Sequence record: BTPI01000021.1
DNA length: 32,000 bases
Reading direction: 5' to 3' (one strand)
A model generated the notes under the pieces. It saw only the letters and a program-made list of their open reading frames with translations, ran no database searches and was not told where the DNA came from. Position numbers and translations under genes: made by a program. Position 1 is the stretch's first letter, and every line of letters starts with the position of its first letter. Below, one piece after another: positions 21,732 to 32,000 of this stretch.

Positions 21732-23270
21732 AATGATAAATATATATTCTTATAATTTTAAATTTATTAGAGTTATATTTAGAATAAGTATTGCTATTTA
21801 AGGTAATATATTACCTAAAAAATATATCCTATATTATATCCTATATATTGGATATACAATATAATATAGTATATAAAATATAGTATATAACTCATACAAC
21901 TTTTCAGTAGCCTAACAAAGTAAAAGTGGAAAAAAACAAGGTTTTTTCTTATTAGCTACCTGGAAGTTTACTTCATTTACTACTACTTATAACTTATAAT
22001 AAGCATTATGAATATCTTTATTAATATTTATAATAAGTGTAAATAAAAATTATAACTATATTAATATAGTTATAATTTTTTAGAATTCATATATACACTA
22101 TATTTTATAGATACAATATATATTATCAAAAAAATTTTCTACCAAAAAAATATTTGTTGTCATTTTATGATAAATACAAAAAGTAGTTTTATGATGAATG
22201 ACTAATAGCAATATTACTTTATTGACTCACCCACCATTCTACTGATCAAGTCTAAACCCATAAATTATATATCCGGCCACTATAAGTCAAAACCTCTACT
22301 TTATAGATAGCAAAATTTTTGAAATTTTTTTGTTTATTAGAATTATAATTAGTATTGCTATATTATCAATATTGGAAAAAATTGGTAAGGCACCAAAAAA
22401 TTTTACAAAAAAACCTCATCAGCTAAAAAGAAAAAAGAATAAAATATTAGAATTACAAATTGTGGGTCTGTTTTGTTTTGGAGCTCCTGTTTTTTTTATG
22501 TAGAAATGATATAGATGTTAAAAGAGGAGAAGTTGTGAAAATAATAGAGATTCTTAAGTTTAATCGTGTTTTAGTAGTTGATAAAATCAAACTTTGCCTT
22601 TTGATAGCCAGCTACCTGCAAGGTTGCCCTTTGGTCGCAATATACCCGTTATAAAAAATACTTTGTAGTGCAGTAGTTGATAAAATCAAACAAAGTTTGA
22701 TTTTATCAACTACTGCGCTACTAATTTTCAGCATTACTCTAATTTAAAACCAAAATCATTCGAACCAAATTTATTTAATTTAGAATATGATGCATATATA
22801 GCAAAACTCTCTTCACTTTTGTTTTGGGTTAGTCAACACATTGAAAACAAGCCAGGTAAATTTATTTCTACTGGTAAATTTTATTTGTATTATAAAAAAG
22901 ATTTAACACAAATAAATAATAATGCTATTTTAATAAAATTATCATTCTATAACAATAACAACAAGCTTTGCTAACAAATAGATTCACTCTAGTTAAAGCT
23001 AGACAAACCGAAAAAACAGGATTGAATGAAATAAAATATCAAAAAAATGGTTTATAAAACTATAAAAAAAATAAGTTTAATATATTTTTTGAACAAAAAA
23101 AATATTAATTTTATAAATTATAAATAAGAGGTTGTTTTATTTATATTAAATATCATCGCATACAATCGTAAGTAATTTAAGCAATAACAAAAAATGGGAA
23201 ATATATAAAAATTTGGAATTTCTTTTATAAATTATAATATGAAAAAAAATTCTAAGAAGTATGATTGTAA

Positions 23271-23307
23271 TTTAGCTGAGACTAAGCTTGACTTAGTCTC
23301 AGCTAAA
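23271..23307 (-). terminator. 16-bp-stem hairpin about 50 nt 3' of the psbC stop
   Basis: tttagctgagactaag cttga cttagtctcagctaaa, followed by an A/T run. Unique in the window. Confidence 0.5.
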
Positions 23308-23355
23308 AAAATAAACTTAACTAAATTGAAATTTAGTACTAAAATAATATAAACA

Positions 23356-24198
23356 TTAATCTAAAGGACGCATAGAAAGAACAGGTTCATTATCTCTATC
23401 AATTCCTTTTTCAAATCCAGCAGCAGCAGCACGTGCTCGACCAGCATGCCATAAGTGACCTACGAAAAAGAAAAATCCAAGACAGAAATGAGAACAAGCT
23501 AACCAACTACGAGGTGATACATAGTTAACTGCGTTAATTTCAGTTGCTACACCACCTACAGAGTTTAATGATCCTAACGGTGCATGCGTCATATATTCAG
23601 CTGCACGACGTTCTTGCCAAGGTTGAATATCATTTTTTAGTTTGTTTAAATCTAAACCGTTTGGTCCGCGTAACGGCTCTAACCAAGGTCCACGGAAATC
23701 CCAAAAACGCATAGTTTCGCCACCAAAAATGATTTCACCAGTTGGAGATCGCATTAAGTATTTACCTAAACCAGTTGGTCCTTGCGCAGAAGCTACGTTT
23801 GCACCCAGACGTTGGTCTCTTACAAGGAATGTAAAAGCTTGTGACTGAGATGCTTCTGGGCCAGTTGGTCCGTAAAATTCACTTGGGTATGCTGTGTTAT
23901 TAAACCATGACATACAACAAGCAATGAAACCCATTAAAGAAATAGCTCCAAGACTGTATGATAAATAAGCTTCACCAGACCACACAAATGCGCGGCGAGC
24001 CCAAGCCCATGGTTTAGTTAAAATATGCCAAGTTCCACCTAAGATATTTAATGTACCGATCCAAATATGACCACCAATAATATCTTCCATGTTATCTACA
24101 CTTACAATCCAGCCATCTCCCCCAAAAGGAGATTTTAAAATGTAACCAAAGATAACAGCAGGGCTAATAGTTGGATTTGTGATTAAACGAACATCACC
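23356..24198 (-). CDS. psbC: Photosystem II CP43, exon 2
   Basis: Begins [34 protein letters not shown] and ends ...PVLSMRPLD followed by TAA. Joined to exon 1 it restores the conserved WAPGGGDVR. The two exons give 461 codons, the usual CP43 length. Confidence 0.93.
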   Translation of the reverse strand, partial: GDVRLITNPTISPAVIFGYILKSPFGGDGWIVSVDNMEDIIGGHIWIGTLNILGGTWHILTKPWAWARRAFVWSGEAYLSYSLGAISLMGFIACCMSWFNNTAYPSEFYGPTGPEASQSQAFTFLVRDQRLGANVASAQGPTGLGKYLMRSPTGEIIFGGETMRFWDFRGPWLEPLRGPNGLDLNKLKNDIQPWQERRAAEYMTHAPLGSLNSVGGVATEINAVNYVSPRSWLACSHFCLGFFFFVGHLWHAGRARAAAAGFEKGIDRDNEPVLSMRPLD

Positions 24199-24447
24199 CA
24201 TATGTGTTCAAACGAGTCGCTAATTCGCTCCGAAAAAAACGTAATTAAGTTAGGTTTTTTTCTGCTTTATATTTCTATAAAGATCAGACTATATCTTAAC
24301 CTTTTACTATGTTTTTATAGTACGAAGGTTTCTGCCGTTTCGAGCACGCTTGTGCTCTACTCCCTTTCGGGATAGTCGTTAGACATTTATTTTTACAAAA
24401 ATATTATAAGTTAAAAAAATCTTTTGTTAATCGTCTGATAATTTCTG

Positions 24448-24510
24448 CTAACGAAGTAAGTTGCCCTTTGGTCGAAAGCGATTCGCAGGGTTGCTTCGCG
24501 ACTGCGCTAC
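24448..24510. repeat. GC-rich SDR copy inside the psbC intron, abutting the endonuclease ORF
   Basis: ctaacgaagtaagttgccctttggtcgaaagcgattcgcagggttgcttcgcgactgcgctac is the same module as at 19119-19180 and 20606-20668. The ORF's TAG stop (24507-24509) lies within its gcgctac end. Confidence 0.8.
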
Positions 24511-25130
24511 CATTCTGACCATCGTAGATTTACAGAATCTATGCGTCTTTTTATTGTTTGACGATTGCCTCCAACATTATCTTTTTCTGCCTCATCAAGT
24601 GTTTTATAAAGTTTACCGTTAATACGGTATATAGGACTAAGGCATTTAACATCTTTGTAATCTGGAAACTTTGGATCTCTAAGTCGACGTCTAATAGTAG
24701 TTTCACTAATTCCGAGATTAGGATCGGTTGCAGCTTCAGTTATAGTCGAATATATTTTTCCGTTAATTTCGATTTTTCTTTGATAATTACGAGTAAAAGA
24801 GGTTGATTTATCAATGTTGTATAGCAAAAAAGATTCAGCTAGCTTTTGTTTTATAACACTTTTTTCTTCTTTACGTCGCATAATTTGCGACGAATACGCA
24901 TTTCCAAAGCAAATAACCTTAAAAGTAAAGTTTTCTTTTCCAAATTGATTACAATCTTCTTGAAATTCTCTGCAATCATGTTTATTTTGTTTTAATTATG
25001 CTGAATGCTGTCCTAAACGAGCAAGAAGTTCTTCAGTTTCGCCAATATACACCTTTTTCTTTGAAATGCATTGAATTTCATAAATACCAGGTGTAATTAA
25101 CTTATCTACGTCTAGGTCTTCAAGTTTCAT
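24507..25130 (-). pseudogene. GIY-YIG homing endonuclease ORF with one in-frame TAA
   Basis: From ATG 25130 it reads MKLEDLDVDKLITPGIYEIQCISKKKVYIGETEELLARLGQHSA, then TAA (24996-24998), then LKQNKHDCREFQEDCNQFGKENFTFKVI... This continues in the same frame into listed ORF 24507..24881. GIYxI...VYIGET...R..H is the GIY-YIG motif. The C-terminal part has two IYSTITEAA / LYKTLDEAE type DNA-binding repeats. Confidence 0.8.
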
Positions 25131-25329
25131 AACTCATTAGATGTAATGTAAAATTTTAGTAAGGTTATTCTGGCTAGAATGCCATCAAATTAAGTGTATT
25201 TTTGTAAAAAATTTAGTACGGGATTGTCTTTCTACTCTTTCTACTAAAGTGTAGAGTAAGATATTCCCCGTTTAGACAGATGAATAGGAAATCATATTTC
25301 TATGAAAGGCAGCCATGAATTGTGTTTTA

Positions 25330-26926
<1,597 letters not shown>

Positions 26927-28100
26927 CTATTAAAAATATAAAAAACAAATAGCTTATTTATTTCCAATATAAATTTTTTTTTGAAAATTTATTCAAATAA
27001 AAAAAATATACAAAAATATATATGTAACCAATAAAATAAAATCCCAGTAGCTCTTGTAAAACAATCGTTGACTAGCGAAATTCATAAAATCAAACGAAGT
27101 TTGATTTTATTTACCTGCAGTAAGACAAAACTTTGTTTTGTACAACAAAAAACCCTTAGTTGCTTTGCTAAAAAAATATTTCAAGCAAAGTTGAAACTGC
27201 TACGCTGGCCTGTAAATAAAGCTATGCTTTATTTCCTGACAACGGCCTTTGTAATATTTTTCACATTTGTACAACTACTATATAAGTTGGTAAAATCAAA
27301 CGAAGTTTGATTTTATTTACCTGCGGTAAGACAAAACTTTGTTTTGTCCAACAAAGTTTTTTTGGTAGCCTAATTAAATTTCACAAAGTGAAATTTAATA
27401 ATACCTGTTATAAAAAATACTTTGTAGCGCAGCAACCTTGCAGGTAGCTGGCCTGGAATAAAACATAGTTTTATTCTTGCAAAAGGTATTTTTTATTACT
27501 TGCTTATATAGGAAAAACTTTGTTTTTTCTTAGGTAATAAAAAATACTGTGTATTTTTTATAATCCACATAAAATAAACTTTAGTTTTTTAATTCAACTA
27601 GTAAAAAACGAACTTTTTTACGACTACCAGATTGTTTCGCTACACATTAATTTCCGTATTTACCAATAAATAAGATATTTTTTGTTTGTTTAAGTTAGCT
27701 TTATTATAAAAATTAATGTAGACTAAATTCAATTTACTAGTTTTTTCAAAATGTATAAATTTTTGTATTATAAAATCTGCTTATATGAAAAATTTTATTA
27801 TATTAGATTTCAAATTTAATTAAATTTATAGTTGATAAAATCAAACAAAGTTTGATTTTATTTACAATAATAAAATTTGCTTATATGACAAAGTATTTTT
27901 TATAACAGCTATTATTAAATTTCATTTTGTGAAATTTAATTAGGCTTAGAATAAAACATAGTTTTATTCTAAGCCTAACAGAGCCTTTGCTAGAAAGCTA
28001 GCTACAAGCTTGCTTATATAGTAAGATGGGCCTTTGTTGGACAAAACAAAGTTTTGTCTTACTGCAGGCTTGCTTCGTTAATAAAAAACTTTGTTTTTTA

Positions 28101-28336
28101 CCTACCTAATTAAATTTCACTTTGTGAAATTTAATAATAGCTGTTATAAAAAATACAAAGTATTTTTTATTAGTTGCCCTTTGTTGGACTAGCGAAGCAA
28201 GCCTTAGTTTAAAAGCGTAGCTTTTAAATAATGCTAGCTTCGCTAGCAAAGGCAAAACAAAGTTTTGTCTTACTGCAGGGTTGTAAATAAAATCAAACTT
28301 CGTTTGATTTTATCAACGACTGCGCTACTGCGCTAC
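28101..28336. repeat. 236-bp direct repeat, copy 1 (partner at 30453-30688)
   Basis: cctacctaattaaatttcactttgtgaaatttaataatagctgttat...tatcaacgactgcgctactgcgctac. By hand alignment the copies differ at one position (aaaagcgTagc versus aaaagcgAagc). Confidence 0.9.
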
Positions 28337-28520
28337 TAGTTTTTTTTTGCTAATAAAAACAAAATTTTTATTAGCAAAAAAAAAAAAAAGCTTTGCTTTT
28401 TTTTAGAGAAAACAAAGTTTTTATTGGCAAAAAAAGGGGTCGGACAAAACAAAGTTTTATCCAACCTTACTCCGTTAGAAAACAAGCTTACTTGTTAATT
28501 GTTATAGACTATAACGCCAA

Positions 28521-28634
28521 TTACAAATTTAACTGATCTCCACGAAGGTATTGCAAATATGCTGTTACAAATAATCCTGCTAAGGTCACAGGAACTAATC
28601 CTAATACAATTCCAGATAAAAGTGGCTCAACCAT
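28521..28634 (-). CDS. petG: Cytochrome b6f subunit V
   Basis: This 37-aa ORF is not in the track: [37 protein letters not shown], the canonical PetG sequence. ATG at 28634, stop TAA. Confidence 0.9.
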   Translation of the reverse strand: MVEPLLSGIVLGLVPVTLAGLFVTAYLQYLRGDQLNL

Positions 28635-28706
28635 AAAAAATTTTATTTTTCTATCTTAAATACTTAATAAGTTATATAAAACTTACCAAGTTTTCTTTAT
28701 TAAAAA

Positions 28707-28802
28707 TTAAATTAATTTAATTTTTAATAAACTCATATAAATAAACAGTGTAAACGTTAATACTACAATAAATAAACCTATATAACTAACAATTGTTAAC
28801 AT
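28707..28802 (-). CDS. petL: Cytochrome b6f subunit VI
   Basis: This 31-aa ORF is not in the track: MLTIVSYIGLFIVVLTFTLFIYMSLLKIKLI. It resembles green-algal and plant PetL (MLTITSY...L.K..LI). ATG at 28802, stop TAA. Confidence 0.8.
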   Translation of the reverse strand: MLTIVSYIGLFIVVLTFTLFIYMSLLKIKLI

Positions 28803-29149
28803 AAAAATTAATATTTTAATAAAAATTACCTTTTGTAAAAATAAAACATAGTTTTATTTTAAGCCAGCTATAAATAAAATCAAACTTGAACAGAGTTCCC
28901 TAACAAAGTAAGGTTGGACAAAACAAAGTTTTGTCCTACCCTTTGCTAATAAAAACGAAGTTTTTATAACCTGTAAATAAAACAAAGTTTTATTTACTGA
29001 CAAGCGGTAGTAAAAAACGAAGTTTTTTACTAGCGAAGCAAGCCTGCAGCTTGCTTGCAAGCAAAGGCAACCTTACTTCGTTAGGCAAAGGCTAAGATTT
29101 TTTGAATCATTAACTAGAAAATTAAATGTACTAATAGTATAAAAAAATA

Positions 29150-30169
29150 CTAAAAATTCATTTCAGCTAATTGTACTTTTTCAAACTGTTTCTTTTTAAG
29201 AACTAAGAAAATTTGTGCAATTACAACGAACCCAAAAAATACAATTAATCCTTGTACTCGTGCAGGATTTTGAAGAACAATTTCTGTATCCATTTGACCA
29301 AAGCCACCTACATTTGGATTATTAGTTAACGGTTGATCAGCTTGAACTGCTTGTCCTTTTTTAACTACCAATTCTGGCCCTGCTAAAACTTGATCTGTTA
29401 CTTGTTCACCTGTAGATTTTTCTATAGTAATACTAAAGCCGCCTTTTTCTTTATTTTCTTCAATTCCAATAATTTTTCCAGCTGCTGACGCGTTTGAAAC
29501 AGTATTATTACTTTTTGAACCATCTGGATACACTTGACCACGTCCTCTATTTGCACCCACATAAATTGGATATTTTAAATAAGAAATTGATTTACTTTTA
29601 CTAGGATCAGGAGAAAGAATTGGAAATACTACCTCACTATATTTTTTTCCTGGTACAGGCCCAACAACTAAAATGTTTTTTTTTTCATCATTATATGGTT
29701 GAAAAGATAGCTTACCAATTTTAGATTTCATTTCTTCTGGAATTCGATCTTTTGGCGCTAATTCAAAACCTTGGGGAAGAATAAGAACTGCACCCACATT
29801 TAAAGGCCCTTTCTTACCATTCCCTAAAACTTGTTTAATTTGTTGATCATATGGAATTTTTACTACTGCTTCAAATACAGTATTTGGTAAAACAGCTTGT
29901 GGAACCTCAATTTCTACTGGTTTTTGCGCTAAATGACAATTTGCGCAAACAATACGACCGTTTGCTTCACGAGGATTTTGATAATTTTGCTGAGCATAAA
30001 TAGGATATGCTTGTGCATTAGAAGTGTAGAAAAAATTAAAAAATGAAAAAAGAAAAACAAATAATAAAGTATAAATAATATGATTATATATTTTATATAA
30101 TGGAGTTAAGTTACTTTGTTTATGTGCGTCTTGGCCTTGCAAAGCAAGAGACGAAAAAGCTTGTGTCAT
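29150..30169 (-). CDS. petA: Cytochrome f precursor
   Basis: The mature N-terminus [27 protein letters not shown] carries the CxxCH haem site, and the C-terminal TM anchor is present. The first ATG is at 30169 (the listed start 30175 is TTG). This gives a 54-aa presequence ending AQA. Stop is TAG. Confidence 0.93.
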   Translation of the reverse strand: MTQAFSSLALQGQDAHKQSNLTPLYKIYNHIIYTLLFVFLFSFFNFFYTSNAQAYPIYAQQNYQNPREANGRIVCANCHLAQKPVEIEVPQAVLPNTVFEAVVKIPYDQQIKQVLGNGKKGPLNVGAVLILPQGFELAPKDRIPEEMKSKIGKLSFQPYNDEKKNILVVGPVPGKKYSEVVFPILSPDPSKSKSISYLKYPIYVGANRGRGQVYPDGSKSNNTVSNASAAGKIIGIEENKEKGGFSITIEKSTGEQVTDQVLAGPELVVKKGQAVQADQPLTNNPNVGGFGQMDTEIVLQNPARVQGLIVFFGFVVIAQIFLVLKKKQFEKVQLAEMNF

Positions 30170-30452
30170 AATCAATAATTGAATGTAATAAATTAAATTT
30201 TCTTCTCAATTTTATATTATCTGAAAATAAAAAACAAAGAAAGTAAGATTAAATGCTGAAAAAACAAAATAGAATTTATGTTTCCTCAGAAAACAAGCTT
30301 TTTTATTTTTTCCAAGAAAAAAAGCCTTTTGGTAGCCTAACGGAGTAAGGTGGGCCTTTGTTGGACAAAACAAAGTTTTGTCTTACTGCAGGCTTGTAAA
30401 TAAAATCAAACTTTGTTTGATTTTATCAACTAGTAAAAAACTTCGTTTTTTA

Positions 30453-30688
30453 CCTACCTAATTAAATTTCACTTTGTGAAATTTAATAATAGCTGTTATA
30501 AAAAATACAAAGTATTTTTTATTAGTTGCCCTTTGTTGGACTAGCGAAGCAAGCCTTAGTTTAAAAGCGAAGCTTTTAAATAATGCTAGCTTCGCTAGCA
30601 AAGGCAAAACAAAGTTTTGTCTTACTGCAGGGTTGTAAATAAAATCAAACTTCGTTTGATTTTATCAACGACTGCGCTACTGCGCTAC
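30453..30688. repeat. 236-bp direct repeat, copy 2
   Basis: See 28101-28336. In addition, the ~45-bp block gggcctttgttggacaaaacaaagttttgtcttactgcaggcttg occurs at 28028-28072 and 30353-30397. Confidence 0.9.
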
Positions 30689-30821
30689 AAAGCTTATTTC
30701 GCTAGTAAATAAAATAAATTCATAACCTGATTTTGACAGATAATTACTCAACAAAGTTAGATCATGACTTCTTTAAAAAGGGATAATTATACAATAAAAT
30801 TGTATCATGAAGCTACAATAA

Positions 30822-30896
30822 AATACACTAACAAGTAAGTTGTCAATAAAATCAAACAAAGGTTGATTTTATTGACAACTTACTTGTTAGTGTATT
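30822..30896 (-). terminator. 34-bp-stem perfect hairpin 47 nt 3' of the chlB stop
   Basis: aatacactaacaagtaagttgtcaataaaatcaa acaaagg ttgattttattgacaacttacttgttagtgtatt. The inner part resembles the ataaaatcaaac SDR family, while the outer 20 bp are unique. Confidence 0.55.
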
Positions 30897-30942
30897 ATTG
30901 AATAAAAAAATTGAATTTAAAAAAAAAATTATTTTTAAATTT

Positions 30943-32000
<1,058 letters not shown>

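Larger units (their letters stand above)
24199..25329 (-). mobile_element. Group I intron in psbC
   Basis: 1131 nt separate WAPGG from GDVR. Exon 1 ends in T (ggt|) and the intron ends in G (...catatg|). The conserved core element aagatatagtc is present (plus-strand 24285-24295, read as reverse complement). The intron contains a GIY-YIG ORF. Confidence 0.85.

Noticed and set aside
22270-22974. Two open stretches without conventional starts: about 22270-22500 (plus strand, hydrophobic then basic) and 22684-22974 (97 codons, no ATG, GTG or TTG until late), plus listed ORF 22460..22654
   Set aside because: There is no start codon, Shine-Dalgarno sequence or recognisable motif. By a rough estimate, about one open stretch of ~97 codons is expected by chance in 64 kb of six-frame AT-rich sequence. 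ORF 22460..22654 runs into SDRs. A TBLASTN search would be worthwhile, but these are not reportable as genes.

Overview
This window is AT-rich plastid (chloroplast) DNA from a green alga. The presence of accD, cysA, psaI and chlB, together with an intact rps2-atpI-atpH-atpF-atpA cluster, points to a core chlorophyte outside Chlorophyceae. I cannot name the species from sequence alone.

Plus strand: the 3' part of the rRNA operon, then accD, cysA, psaI and trnS(GCU). The rRNA part comprises 23S, split by a group I intron carrying a frameshifted LAGLIDADG ORF, followed by a three-hairpin spacer and 5S.

Minus strand: a trnI(CAU)-like tRNA with an enlarged variable arm; atpA, atpF, atpH, atpI and rps2; overlapping psbD/psbC; petG, petL and petA; and chlB, which runs off the right edge. 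psbC is split by a group I intron whose GIY-YIG ORF has an in-frame stop.

The dominant unexplained signal is that nearly all intergenic DNA is built from a few modular hairpin short dispersed repeats (SDRs). These form 86-bp tandem arrays and identical 128-236 bp blocks that bracket genes. They also sit in frame inside accD, cysA and chlB, and they supply the stop codon of the intronic endonuclease ORF.

I saw no prokaryote-style defence or mobile-gene system. Most listed ORFs lying in rRNA, in repeats or antisense to genes are artefacts.
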